A DNA stretch of 64,000 nt. Source: Azolla caroliniana. Taxonomy: Eukaryota > Plantae > Polypodiophyta. The notes below the pieces were generated by a model that did no database searches, had not been told where the DNA came from, and was given only the letters and a program-made list of their open reading frames with translations. The translations under genes and the position numbers were made by a program. Below are positions 49,060 through 63,420 of the stretch, in pieces. The stretch is taken from NCBI GenBank assembly GCA_043228905.1, contig JBHGNT010000006.1:1178001-1242000 (forward strand). Direction: 5' to 3'. Within the stretch, counting starts at the first letter, position 1; every line of letters starts with the position of its first letter.

Positions 49060-52000
49060 TTAGAATCCCACAAGAACCTCGTGCTTTTCTGACCAACCTT
49101 CATTATACATGTCAAACCTCGTCCTTCTAATATGACATGCTAATGACTGATCCATAGCATAAATCATGTCGATCAGATCATCAGCCATTGTCATGATGAG
49201 CTTGTTGGCATCCTAGGAAGAACACATGTACAGGATTGATAATATTACTTGCCTCTCTGTCCTATTTTTTCATCCGTAAGGATAACGTACACACATGAAT
49301 TTGCTATGAAGCACAATATAACAATGTATGCAACTGAACAACGTTCTACACATGTACTAAATACCTGGGAGAGTTCCAAGATGAAGCTTGCAGCCTGCAA
49401 AAAATAAACTTCTCAAATTCAATTCTTTATCTAAGCGTTATAAGGTTTAAAATATACATCTGTACGTACATATGTATGTTATCTATATGCATGTATATTT
49501 ATGTATCTATATATAAATATATATTGATAATCTACCATTTTGTTTGTTCGATCGAGATTTACCTGTTCAAATATCTCGAGAAAAGCTTCACGGGTTGAAT
49601 CAAAAGCAAGGAATCGTATCATGGCATACATGCACTGAACCATTACAAATGGATGAAGCATTAATAGCAACAGAATTAATTTGGCATAAATTAGATTTAA
49701 CCAACAGTAGGGGGTTCAGGACTTTACCTGCAAAATTATATCAGTATCAGTAAGCCTCTGCATGAAGACATCACAAACAGTTGAGACAATGCCAACTTGA
49801 GAGAGCTTGGGTGCACTGACATCTGAACACACTCCTCCAATAAAGACGATTATCTGTCATAGTGAAATACTAATTGAAGTGAATCTCTTGATGATAGTTA
49901 TATACCATATGATATATGTAATTTAATGTTTGTATACCTGAAGATTAATATCATCTTCTTGGTTTGAAGCATGCAATTGAGTTGAAAGGTAATGGAGAAG
50001 GCCCGAGTTCAGAAGCAATGAATCATGCAACGCTTCTAGGTAAGTTAAATTATTCAATGTCCCCATCACTTCAACCTTAATCAATTTATGTATCATATGA
50101 TTATCATAAGAGACTGTAAAACCACTGCTATTAATCTCTATGCTAAAGATAAATACCATAACCATGAATTGGAATTATAGCTAACCTGAATAGAAGACTC
50201 AGATTGCAGAAGGGACTCCACAAGTGCTGGCAAGAACCTGCATCAGGATTTGCTAACACATCATGACCAAATATAAAAACCAAATGCACCCAGAAGGATG
50301 GATGAATATATTCATGTTTTCACATGTCTTCAATCAGCCAAGCTATTCATCAATGTTTGCATGTAAGTATGGGCACCTATCCAACAAGATAAGAGTACGT
50401 GCAAACGTCCTTTCATTGGAATATCAATAAGCAGAAATTGACGAGAAGTTCCAAAAATAAACTAGCTATACCCAAATGACCAGTGGGTTAAAATGCATAT
50501 ACAAGAACTAATAAGTATGTTCAGATTCATGAGATCAAAACTAAGATCTCTACCTTGGGCTTCCCCAAGATGGAGAGAGATTGCAGTATGTGGACTTGAT
50601 CACATAAATCTCCATGTCTAACAATATCTGAGTGCATAATGAAAAGATAATGCATAGCAAGCATTTAATACTGTTGTTTCTTAAAGAGTATCTTATATTA
50701 TAATGTATGAGAAATAGAATTTCAATGCATGGTCAGCCCAAGCCAACAGACTTACGTAGCCCACTGAATTCCAGTGTTTTCTATGGAACTCAAGTTCTTG
50801 ACAGTCTGTCAAAACCACATATCATTTAGTTGACAAAAAATAATAATTTTCAAGAATTCTTAAAGCCCTGTCACCAATACCTTGAATAATAGCACATTAT
50901 TTGTCTGGACAACATACAATATAAACTTCTCGCATACCAAAATATCTAAATTCAGCTGCAAAAACATAAATATAAAAAATCGCCCATCAAATTTCATCCA
51001 TATGGGTTGTATAAAGTGAACCAATAATTTTTCTTAGAAATTATACCATAGCTGTTTTGGATACGCAAGTCAAGTTGACAATAAGAGCATTTAGCTCTTG
51101 TGACAAATTGTCTTCTTCTTCACAAATAATTTTCTGTTTCAGGGGAATTGTACACTTACAAATTCAGTATGCAATGTAAACACGTTGCAAACATGTTTTA
51201 CAGATATAAATACCTCCAGAAGGTTTGACAGAATATTTGATTCCAAAATTTTATAACGCAAGTCTAAATCCCTCGATAAATTGTACAGCAAACAAGATAT
51301 CTGTACTGAACTATGATTTCAGATTTCTTTCAAAGAGAGCATCCAATTCACCATCTTGGAAAGATTCAAAAAATGAAATATACCAAGTTTGTGAATTTCT
51401 GTTCTTCAATTAAAGCATCAAAAATTTGTAGACATCCACAATGTACCTGAAACAGAATTTAAAGTTGAATTGGGTTCTTAAAATAACAATTCATCTTTTT
51501 AAATACAGAACCATCTTTGAACAAGTTAGTTCCTTCAGTCATAAGAGTCAACCCAACTGCCAGAAATAGATACGAGAACTGTAAACCAAACAATGACTGG
51601 AAATTAGACCTGTCAGCCAGCATAGTAGTCCTCATAATTACCATCAACTCAATGAATGTGCACCCATGGAGAGATGTCATTCAGTTGCGACACATAAATT
51701 TCATCATGAACTATAAAAACATGTTTTAAACCATAAAGTAAACTATCTCCAATCTACTATATACGGCATGTGCCATCAACAGCCCCCAGGACCCGGCATT
51801 CAGTAGCGACACATAAATTTCATCATGAACTATAAAAATATGTTTTAAACCATAAAGTAAACTATCTTCAATCTACCATATACGGCATGTGCCATCAACA
51901 GCCCCCAGGACCCAGCATTAGCATATCATTGAATAAGTCATGATATTAACAAATTGGTGCAACTGAGTAACTTCTCAGTGGTAAGGAATTAAGATGAGAA

Positions 52001-55000
52001 GTTAGCGTAATATACCTTGGATTTAGGGATACATGGTAGTTATTCAGAGCACAATTATAAGGATTAGTGCTCTTCGGAACATGATCCAAATAATCATCAT
52101 GGAAGAATTTTTTGCCTAAAATATTTATACATAATGATACAAGGTAGCCATAATCACAGTGAATTGAGTTAATAGTCTCTTGGACAAAACAGATCAGACT
52201 GGTGATCCATCAATGATATGTCAAATATTTAACTAGGTTGGCTATGGATGAGACAACTTCTTACATATGTCATTCCTTTTAAATTTTAAGTTTCATCACA
52301 CATTTGGGTTTCTATAATGTGCATTTCAAAAACTCAAGACAACAATGTCAAAGAAAAACATATTAAATAAGAAGTTAAAGCAGGTTCAACTATACCATGT
52401 CTTCTCTAAATCCTCTATCAAACGACAGATTCATAAGAAGTTGCAACGTAGCACATGACAAAGACTGAAAACATAAGACAGTTATTGCTTAAAATTGGAG
52501 AAATGATGAATTTCTCAGCAAAAAATGGATTCAGTGCTCTAACTTAGAATATATAGTATGATTAAAATACTAGATGAAACCAACCTCGTCATTGAAATGA
52601 AGCATGTGAAGAAGTTTGAAGGTAACCGCATTCTCTCTTATGACAGCAAGATTTTCCTTGTATGCGCTTAGCCTTCTCAAAAATGAGATTGTTCTGTAAG
52701 AACAGTAATTTATAAATTTCTCATATCTAATGCAAATTTGACACATTACAGATAAATGTTACAATGCCCAAATCAGCAGTCTTCTCCCCATAATTTCAGA
52801 GACAGATTGTGCAAATAAAAAAAACTTGCAGTTGCCTCTATGGTTATCATAAACCTAGACTCGGAAGACAAAGTAGCTATAGGGTATAGATCCGAAGAGT
52901 TGCTCTTATAATTGGTCAAGGGTCTTCTTTAAAGAAGGCATGGTAAAAATGCGCCTTCAAGATGGAGATTATAGAAAATTAGACCTAAATATGATGGTTT
53001 ATAATCTGCACAACAAAATGTAAGCGTGTGTACGGAACATGTATTTTACTTTGTTGGTCACATTCCTCATTCTACCTGATTGTATAAGGGAGTAAGAAGA
53101 AATTTTGCATGTAAAAAGACATGGTTCCAAATAGAAAAACAGTGTAAGATAAGCCTTGGGCATGGCCTGCTTTGGAAGGAATTATATGACACGAGAAACC
53201 CATGGCAACTCAATGGACTATAATATTGTATAAAATAAAAAGGTACCAACTAGAAAAACAGTATAAGATAGAATTGAGCACGACCTGCTTCAGAAGGAAG
53301 CAGACCAAATAGAAAAACAGTGTAAGATAGAATTGATCACCACCTGCTTCCGAAGGAAGTATATGACTACAGATCACCAATGGCCACCCAATGGACTATA
53401 TTATTGAGCATTGAGTATGGTACCAAATAGAAAAACAGTGTATGATAGAATTGAGCACAGCCTGCTTCAGAAGGAAGTATATGACTAGAGATCACCCGTG
53501 GCCACTCAACAGACTATAATATTGAATAAAATATAAGGATCCACAAAGAGGTACAGCTAAAAATCTGGTCTAACCATCGACTACAACAGAAAGATACTGC
53601 TGCATGTTGCAACTTGCAATTATCGCACTGGGAAACACATGTACCAGATGTGCTCTTAATGATGGAAAGAGACAGACTGTTCATGAATATGATTCATCTA
53701 TATACCATGTGAGCATCAACAAGGAAAGGACTGTGTGGAAAAAATGAAAATACAAACTCAGAGTGATAGAGATGTGAGTCTTTGTGCAAGGAACAAAGAA
53801 AATGCACTGAGAAGGACCCATGTCAAAGAGACTCAAATGGCTGAAATAACGATCTACATGTCATGAAACTGGACATGACAAGAGTATTATCTTCAGCGGA
53901 CAAAAAACAACACAGACCAATAAAATATGCCTTTTAGAGATATTGCTGTATTTTTCATTCGTGTACAGTACTTATTTGTAGTTATAGTCTATTAGTCTTT
54001 CATCATTTACTATTTTTGCTTTATTCTCTTGTAGTTATAGTCTATGTCTTTCATCGTTTACTATTTATGCTTTGTCCTCATATTAATGATGATTTGTACT
54101 TGTTCTACAAATCTTATCATGGACTTTTACACCATGTATACTTCTTTATCCTATTATTTATTTGGGCATCAGCCATTCTAATAATGTATTTCAGTTAGTC
54201 ATATCTTATCAACATACATTAAATCTACAAGTGTATTTTCCTATCTCCACAATTTTAATATAGGGATATATTGAGTTTGTGTTCGCAAATTTAAGGAGCA
54301 GAAAAATACATCACCAACAACAATCCATTTGTTCGATTCAGTATCGCACATAAAGACTCCTGTAACAATATGAGAAAGCTTCACCTTCATATACTTACAC
54401 CATGTCATTATGCTCAGTATTTATATATCAAGCATATACTATTTTAGTTTTCAGTTTCTTCCATTATACCACAAGGTTGCATTTTCTCATTTTCCGCTCA
54501 ATTTGTATATTTACTGCAATATTGTACAACAAATAAACAGATGCATAAAGAACTTTATCCTGCATCAACAATTATGAAAAGTTCAAGAATGAGATTTACT
54601 TCATTATTCACAAGTCAGCATAAAACTACTGAAATTTATGAAATATAAATTTGTTGTTTATAAAGCAAGACAACCTTCACCTGATCATGCAAACTTTTGT
54701 TCATTGAGAGATTAGTTGACGAAAATAACTGCTCCTCTTCAGACTCATTTGAAGCCCCGACTACCTTGATAAGAAATGTGACAATCATTAGTTTTATCTG
54801 GCTACAAAATACATAGATCCTTCAAGAATAAGATTTTCAGAAAAAAATAACCCATGGGTTATGCGCATTCTCAGATTAGAAACATTCATAGAAGAGAGCA
54901 TAGAAGGAATCGTAAATGCGGGATATTGAATATCATTGCCAAACATCCATGCAATACCATAGATCACAAAAAATCCCAGTGAAAAAAGATAGGTTGTCCT

Positions 55001-56506
55001 TAAAGCACTTCAACTTTGCAAACAAACAGCCAGAAGAACAAACTGAACTCATAAGTTGAAGTGTAATTGTAAGTCACCATTCACTTGCTATGAGGAGACC
55101 ATTCGTGAGTACATCCACAAAAATGAATTATAAATTCCTTGACGCATGGTATGTCTGCCAACAGCACTTGCAAGGGGCAAGTGAGACCTTGTCGAACTGA
55201 ACAAAACATCATCCAATTAAGCATCTCCAACACAACACATGCTCCTTAAGATCCATGGAGCTCTTTCATATTGTTATCAGTCTCCTTTTCCACCAACACA
55301 AGAGTTTTAACATCCTTCGTGAGGAGCATTAACTACTGGGAATTCACATAGGCCAACATGCAGAGAAGTATCCGATTAAAACTGGACACCACTTGTCTAC
55401 CAGTTTGAGACAGGAAACTGACAAACATGCAAGACAGGTGAGGACACAATCACATCAACATGGAGAGAGATCATTTGTACATTGAATGGTGGTGGGACAA
55501 TTTTGGTGGAAAGGAAAACCCAAAAAGTATGAGGAGAAGGATATTGTCCAGTATTTGATCTCTCTTAGATTTAAAAATAGGAAGACCCCAGGATGGAACG
55601 ATCTCAATAGACACATGAAATCACTTTATTACTTGCACGAAGACAATGGAATCTATCATTACCTGTGCCTTCAATGTCTTGATAGAAACATTTGGTGTTC
55701 GTAAGTTCTCCAGATCCAAAAGGTTTAGTGCTGTACGTCCGATTTGATTGTCGATTAAAACCTATATTCACCACAGAAATACCCTTGAGCACCTCATTGT
55801 CAGGAAAATGTATCATGATGATGTAAGTTTTGGTATAAAAAGTGCATGAACATATACCTGATGAAAGTTCTGAAAAAAAGAAAATATTAGGAAAGTGGAA
55901 ACCGTGTTCAACCGCAACTGAATGCTTTTCCTACCTTCTTCTCGAAGCACTCTCACGAGTGCACCCTACAAAGTAGATAATGAATTTCAGAAAAATCATA
56001 TCTTTGTATCCTACACTACTTCCTAAATCCTTTCTTCTGATAGTCATTGGCTTCTAGTGATTTCTTTAAGAGAGAGAAAGGAACATCAAAATGCCAATAT
56101 ATGATTAAGAGATTCAAAACAACAGCATTTAGATACAAATAGAATGAGACTTAGTCTTCACCATGGCACTTGTATGGGTTGCAATGGCTCCAAGATTATC
56201 TATATGTAGACTCATTGAAAATATCATAAAGGTTGCTTGTACCTAAACAAAAGAACAGGACAAAACAATTAACAAATTTTCCAATCCTTTACTTCATTTA
56301 ATTCAATAAAGAAGATTCCATTAAAATCTGTTCATGGTTCAGATAGAGAAAAATTAATGAAAATGTACCAACATGAAACTGATGTAATTAAGAGGGAGAG
56401 GATTGAGTACCTTAGATTCCATGTCATCATAAAGAAGCCCAAGGAATGTATCTAAATCATATTCTTCGGTATCCAATTTGGAGTGTCGTACATTGATCCA
56501 ACGATC
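49060..56506 (-). CDS. KAP: Kinesin-associated protein (KAP3/KIFAP3/FLA3-like, kinesin-II accessory subunit); about 20 exons traced; N-terminal exons unresolved (may extend to about 57.7 kb)
   Basis: Spliced translation follows KAP block order: DLDTFLGLLYDDMESK/VQATFMIF..LHIDNL/GALVRVLREEGRKSIQL..F.IFSFFQNFHQ/..QDKVLYASVYLLYNIA..IERKM/ISFLRRLS.YKEN/LQLLMNLSFDRGFREDM/VEVMGTLNNLT..EDDINLQ/IIVFIG/..RFDMYNEGW, with compatible splice phases. Stop codon tentative. Confidence 0.85.
51687..51919. repeat. Tandem duplication of about 120 bp in a KAP intron
   Basis: GCGACACATAAATTTCATC...CCCCCAGGACCC(G/A)GCATT occurs twice. Confidence 0.9.
53125..53540. repeat. Degenerate tandem array in a KAP intron (four copies of the core)
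   Basis: CCAAATAGAAAAACAGTGTAAGATAG...CCTGCTT..GAAGGAA core at about 53127, 53246, 53305 and 53423. Confidence 0.85.
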
Positions 56507-57197
56507 GCTTTCGTCATAAAGAAAGAAAGAAATATACAAAAATCAGGAATTCAAATTCAAATGGCCCCTAGCTCAGATTCTTTTGAAACATAACAGTACC
56601 TCATACTTGTAATGATGATACTACCACATACAGGATTTCTTTGATTAAATATTTGTGACTTTCTTTGACAAGTTAACATAATCTCTTATGATCTTTGTTA
56701 GGCAGTTATAAGTAGTAATTATGATCTTTTAATGACGTTAATAATCTTTCTTTCTTTCTTTCTCTTGGGAAGCGTTGAACTTTATCAATGCCTCCTACCC
56801 ATCAGCATGATGACACCAGCACATGCGTGATTTGGTGATCACGTATCCCTATCTTAGGAAAATTGAAGTCTACCAATGCTTCATACTCATGATCACGGCA
56901 CCAGCACATGCTAAACTGTCTTGTTCTGGATTCTCGAATATATTTCTCTTTGGAGCATTTTAAGTTTTTCATTACATTTCCTGATGACAATGATGCCTCT
57001 ATCCAATGATTTTTCTTTCGAGCAACTAAACTCTATATCTCGCACAAGTGATTATGATGACATCACATGCCAGATTTCCTTGATCTAGATGATCAAATCT
57101 CTCTACATATCTATCTTTGGGACAATTGGAATCTGTCAATATCTCGTACATGATGATACCAACACATTCAGGATTGCCTTCATCCGAATGAACAAAA

Positions 57198-57199
<2 letters not shown>

Positions 57200-57274
<75 letters not shown>
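57200..57274. repeat. (TC)n(AC)n microsatellite
   Basis: Visible directly. Confidence 0.95.
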
Positions 57275-58234
57275 GTTTTACTTTGGTCTTATGAATATAT
57301 TAATATAACATTCCTTTTTATTTCATTTCTCTCTCTTTGAAAAAGTTCAATGCGTTTATGCCTCGTAGTCAAGATGATGATGATGATGAGAATGGCGACA
57401 CCAACAAATGCATCAAATTTCCCTCTCGCTTGGTAGAATGAGAATATTTCAATACCTCGTACTCATAATGCGATAAGAACGATGATGAAGAACAAAATGA
57501 TTGACGATGATGACAAAAATGATTGACGGTAAACGAGTTTCTTCTTCCTTCCGAAAGTTAAGCCCTGCATCTTTTTCTTCTTCTTTCTTCTTTCCTATTC
57601 CTCCTCCTCCTTCTTCTTGTTCTTCTCCTTCTTCTTCTTCTTGAGTTCTCTGACTGTCCGGCTGTCCCGTCTGGGTGACAGGTTTTTTATCTCCGCGCAC
57701 AGGTTCGTTTTGAAAGGGTTTATTATATGTAAGTTGTTAACTCAGGATTGTCTCTCGCCCCCTTCGTATTCTTCTTTATTTCTGCATCTTTATTCCCAAA
57801 AGAATAAAACATCTACATACTACAGATGGCTCTATCATGTGTGTGTGTGTGTGTTCGTTCATTCCTTCTTTATTTATTAAGAGCTAGCTCTTTTGTGCAT
57901 GTGGGGCTTCGCTTCAAAACCCTCTCGTGTCACACGTGATCCACTCACTTCGTAAGACACCGCACGTAGACTCGTGTTGATGTGTAAGAGTTCGGCTCCT
58001 TGCCCGGCTAGTGGCATGCTTTGCCACGTCTCGCATTGCACTTGACGGTATCTCTAGGATGTAGCTTGGGGTTCATATGTGCTCCATATGGATTGACCAC
58101 AGAGCAACCTTCATGAATCCTTCTTCTACACATCCCACCTATTTTGAACTATGAGAAACAGATTCGTCGACTATAATAAGTTTGGTTTTCCAATTACATA
58201 CGGTAGGAGACTTAATATCAGAATTATATGCTAC

Positions 58235-58512
58235 TCTCTATGGGGACTACTTGTTAGAGACCTTAAAAATGACATTTAACTCAATAGAAAACCCTAGAGA
58301 GTATAGTCTATTATGAAGGGGGGAATGTGTATAGGAGGGAGATAGGAGAATACACATATTACAACAAAGACTTCTCTATGGGGACTACTTGTGAGAGACC
58401 TTAAAAATGACATTTAATTCAATAGAAATCCCTAGAGAGTATAGTCTATTATGAAGGGGGGTATGTGTATAGGAGGGACATAGGAGAATACACATATTAC
58501 AACGGAGACTTC
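58235..58512. repeat. Tandem duplication of about 139 bp
   Basis: TCTCTATGGGGACTACTTGT...GGAGAATACACATATTACAAC occurs twice. Confidence 0.9.
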
Positions 58513-59515
58513 ATATCATTACATGATGTTCTCTTACACTATTCAATGTCCTCTTAATCTGATTGCAATGTGATGTGAAAATGGAGACAAACATACCATC
58601 ATGGAGTTCTTCAATCTACTGTAGCATGACGTACAAATGGAGACAAATGATGTAGAATTCATTTCTACTTTCAAACTACATCCATCTTATAAATTTGTGT
58701 AAAAATGTTTGAGAAACAAAATTTGGTAAGACACAAGAAGTTCATGGGCAGATATACTCTCAACTTATAATATACAAAAGAATTCTTGCTACGCCAGTGC
58801 TTTTCAAACATTAATTGACAACCTAAAACAAGCATAGAAACAAAAACTAAGGGAATATTGTACCCATAATGCAAACGAAAAGGAACAAACAAACTCTAAA
58901 GAGAAGAGAGAACAAAAAAAAAAGTTGGAAATCATGCCGTGGATAAGAAAATTAGGTAAATCTGAAGTTCTCGTTTTTTCACTAAGAAAAATGACTACAC
59001 AACATAGTAGCAGCTGGCAACTGCCATGTGGACCTAGAATTCCCAGTGACAAATGCTCAAATCATCGAGCCATGATACAATGACATCATATTTAGTAGTG
59101 TTGGTTGATGAAGTTGTTAAGGATGTCTATCTCAAAGGACATGATTGTGTAACGACTGATAAGATGGTGAATGTTAGTGTTTACAAATAAAATGATGTAA
59201 ATAAAGCAAACAAAAATTAGAATTCATGCAAAGAATAAAAGTTTCAGGTATGTTTTCATCAAGAGTTCCCTTCGAAGTCTTCATATGATCATCTTAGACG
59301 AAGAGCTAGTGTCCATATCAATGTCATAAACTAAGAAACAAATTGGAGATGAGGGAGGACACCCGAAATGGACCCTCCACCCAACCCCTTCCCCCTGAAA
59401 ATGTGGAAGTCCCTACCATGAGGACCAGGGACATGATCTCCATGCATGATCATATGTTAAGAGCCAGCTTTGAAACAATGGTGCCTATACGAGATCGAAG
59501 AATCATGTTACAGCT

Positions 59516-59999
59516 TCATGAACTAAGGCCATTTGTAACTAATCTCGACCGATTAAATGCATCAATTCTATGCAAAAGACCATCATCTTGCTCACAAAAC
59601 CCGATTTGGCCATCCTCCTTACTGAGTGCCATGCTCTCATTGTAAGCAACACTTCGGCCAATCAACTCTAGGTGAATATCTCGGGAAGCAGCCGTGGGTT
59701 TATCACGTTCCCATCGACTTTGATCATTTTCTGAACGCATGCTTTCATAAATCTTATCAACATGGCATGATTGCCATGGTAATTCATCAATGCCCGATAT
59801 GTCATTGAACCTCAACCCAGCTCCTTGAGATGCCAAAAGTTGCTTCGCTTTCTCAAGAATCGATTGAAGATAGTTCCCGTGCACCTCAATGCGGGTCTGA
59901 AGCCTCCTCTGCACCTGGTCAATTTGGTTTAAACAGTCACTAACACAAAAGAAAAAAGGAAGAAAGATTTAAATACCCTTGTTTTTTCAGGAAATAGCC

Positions 60000-60047
<48 letters not shown>

Positions 60048-61728
60048 TGAAATTGACAAGAGCAATGAGGATTTTGGGAAATCTGAAAATATGAAGGGTA
60101 GTTTTGGAAATCCATACAAATTTAGGGGGAATTTAGAAGGGATTTTGGGAGATTTTGCAGAACCAAGAGCCGATTGACTGACACTAATTCTATCCTTTCA
60201 TCATCGACCAAAACCAAAAATTAAGCTTGTAAAAGACTAGAAATGAAATGACCTCCAGTTGTTCATGGAGCTTCTTCTGAACTTCCATTTGCTGCCTCAA
60301 TGCATCTGATATGTCTTTCCCCCTACAGAAAGAAATTCACCAATTTTGTTTATATGGTTTGAATCCCTCATTGATACGTTTTTCACCATAGAAAGGCACT
60401 CTTCAAAGAAACAATCTGGATATATACATTGTGTGTACGTGTGGGTGCGTCTATATAGTATATACACGTGTATGGTATATGTTATGTGGATATGTAGATA
60501 CATGTGTATACATATATACTTACTGGTTCTCCTCTTTGGCTGCAGCTGATGCATTGTTGTTATCATCCTTTGTCAAATCCTCTGCTAAAAAGACATTTGA
60601 TCCTTAAAGCTTGCTTACGAATCATCTATGCTTTTAAAACACTGGCAATAGCATGCACATATCTAGAGATGAGAAGAGAAGCGACTCAGAGGACTTACCC
60701 CCTTTGTCTTTCTCACCAACACTGTCCCTCTGTTGCTGTTTGCCCAGCCTGTATTTCTGTGCAAATTGTGGTCATTTAAGGTAAGGCCCATGGATATGGA
60801 AGGGATAAAAAGAAAGATGTGTAGAAGTGGTCTATTAACTGTTCACCTGGAGATGGCTTTTAAGATGATAGAGAGTTAAACCCTTGACATTCATCACTTT
60901 CATAACAGATTTAGGTGTAGCTTCTGTATGAGAGATGGGAAAATAATATATGTCAATCCATGTATTAAGCAAGCAGAAACGTCAGACAGAGAGAGAAAGA
61001 GAGACAGAAAATCTTATCAAAGCAAAACGACACATTGATGATCGCTCTTGCATGAAATATATATCCTGTGCGTGGCTTCTTCATGAGAAATGGAAAGCCA
61101 TGCTAGGTTAAGACATGTCTTGAAGCAGAAATTCTAGACAGGAAACAGCAATAGAAATATATCCTGTGCGTGGCTTCTTCATGAGAAATGGAAAGCCATG
61201 CTAGGTTAAGACATGTCTTGAAGCAGAAATTCCAGACAGGAAACAGCAATAGAAAGGCAATCCTTTTGACTTTCAGGCCGAGATAAAAAGCTAGGCATGG
61301 CGAGAAACGCGACGCAGAAAAAGAACATCAGAGACAAAAGCGAGATTCAGCAAGGAATGGCAAGGAATGTGGTTCAAGCAGAAACTATGCACAGAAAAGA
61401 GAGCATACAAAGAGAGAATGGGAGAAACAGAAGAAAGGGGATTACTGTCGGCTCCTCCGAGCTGCAAAACGGCATCCACGAAGCGTTGATGGAGCTCGGG
61501 GGTCCAGCGCAGACGGGGCTTGGGGTCAGCAGAAGAAGAAGAAGAAGACATGAGGAGGCTGCTCACGTCCCCTGGGAGGTTTGTCCCCGACAACAAACCT
61601 TCGCACAGAGATGTCCCCAGGGCGACAACACCATGCCGATGTTCTTCATTTATCTCTGATGCCGCCATCGCTGCAATTCCATGAGCTTCCAAGCGTCTCC
61701 GGTGCTGGTGCTGGTGATGATGATACAT
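59516..61728 (-). CDS. MYB-CC (PHR1-like, PHL/APL family) GARP transcription factor, 6 exons
   Basis: Exons about 61728-61446, 60923-60847, 60756-60699, 60582-60527, 60322-60253, 59914-59516. [56 protein letters not shown] and [39 protein letters not shown]. Confidence 0.93.
61058..61255. repeat. Near-perfect tandem duplication of about 98 bp in PHL intron 1
   Basis: ATATATCCTGTGCGTGG...ACAGCAATAGAAA occurs twice with about one difference. Confidence 0.9.
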
Positions 61729-62929
61729 TATTCCCTGCAGCGATCATATTCCAAAACAAAACTCATGACCATCCAGCAATCATTCTTCTTTTCGTCATCT
61801 ATCACAATTTGGATGATTTTTCTTCATACATCCAAATTAGACACTTTCTTCTTCCTCATCCAGACAAATGGGAATGCTTCTGCTTTCTTCGCCACCCATC
61901 AAAATTGGAAAGATTCTTCTTTCTTCTTCCTTCCATGGACAACAAGGAGCTTCTTCTTCCTCCTCTTCATTTAATAGATTCGAGTTATAATTACAGGCAA
62001 AAGGAAAAAGGGAAGGAAAAAAGAAAACAAAGGCAAAAGCTGAACACAGACAAACCAGTGGGAAATAGAGAAACAGAGACCCTTACGCCATTAAAGCTGA
62101 TGATTGCTTTAGAGCTGCAGCATTGATTGAGCTCAGCCGAGCAGGAAGAAGAAGAAGAAGAAGACAAAAGCTCATGGGATGAGAGAGACACAGACTAGAC
62201 TGACTGACTGATATGAAATGAAATGAAATGAAATGAAGTGAAATGAAATTTCTCTGTGAAAGCTATATTCCTGCATCGATTGTGCTTTTCATGGATAACA
62301 AAGATCTGGGTGAAAGTACAGATTTGAACCCATGACCCCCTTTAAGTTCATTTAGATAGATGGAGGGGCTATATCTAGCAGCCTTACCTCTAGTCTCTAG
62401 AGTTGGTGCAGACCCATTTGCTACTTCTAACTTCAAACCCTCGCCCCATCCCCAAAAATAGCACAAAAACTCGTGCAATGAATACGAAGGCTGTACCCTT
62501 AGGAACGGGGGGGGGGGGGGGGGGGGGGGGGGGAGGAAGTGCTGAGGAAAACCATCATGCAAGCGAAACTCGTTGAAGATGGTATTACTACCCCCCATGC
62601 GAGATCACGGGCCATGGAATCGAAGAATAGGTGAAAATGATCTTTACGAAGACGTTATCCTTAGACACTATAGGAAATGCTCAAAGAAAACATCATGCAC
62701 GCGAAACACGTTGAAGGTGGTGTTACTACCCCCCATGCAAGGTCATGAGCTGTGGAATTGAAGACTCTATCATTAGGAATTCCTCTTTATCTCGTAGGCC
62801 CAAGAATATCCAAGTATAAAGGCATCCTTCACCTTTATTTTTAATACAAAAGCTACAATCTATGATGGAATTGGAGACTATATCTTGCACGCGTATGTAT
62901 ATATATATGGAAGACCATCTAAGTGAAAT

Positions 62930-63420
62930 GGGTGAGAGCATCTCGACAATTTGAAGAAGATGCATTCCAAAACTTCAAATGCTATAAACCATATCCTCAT
63001 TATCGCCAAGGTTCACATCTCCACCAAGGACCATCCTATGGAAAATGACCCAAAGAGTGACGATCTACATAATTGCATAAAATACTTTTCATAATGAGGG
63101 TGGCACAACATACCCAAACATAGGATACAATGCACACTAGAGGGAATGTTGAATTGGTTAGTCATTGTGTGAACGCACCTAGACAAGTCTAATTTGTGAG
63201 GAACTTGGGCTTCGAAGGAGTTTATCTTTTCTAAGTTGTTGAGCATTGTTGAGTGTGAGAGAGCTTTCCAAGATGGTAACACTAATAGTTGAAAGACTAT
63301 AGAGCATTGGCACCACCATAAACTAGCTCCAAGGTGCATTGTTAGGAAAAGAAGCATGGTGTCAATAATGCTATGAAATAATGAAATAATAAGGTACAAC
63401 TCACTAAGATTACCTATAGT
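62930..63420 (-). pseudogene. Highly decayed retroelement RT-like remnant
   Basis: Faint similarity to gypsy RT (a GAN..FQ-like segment) with broken frames. Confidence 0.3.

Noticed and set aside
50290-50627. Extra candidate KAP exons (also near 52856-52929 and 53706-53733)
   Set aside because: Flanking exons already join in phase and match KAP without them; at most alternative exons.
53125-53540. Repeat-spacer-like array resembling CRISPR
   Set aside because: The intervening sequences are themselves homologous, the context is a eukaryotic intron and there are no cas genes; it is a degenerate tandem repeat.
52694-54680. Apparent loss of a conserved KAP block
   Set aside because: Found on closer reading as two small exons at about 54559-54470 and 54359-54310.
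61297-62191. Plus-strand ORFs opposite the PHL exon 1 and leader
   Set aside because: Low-complexity antisense frames without recognisable domains.
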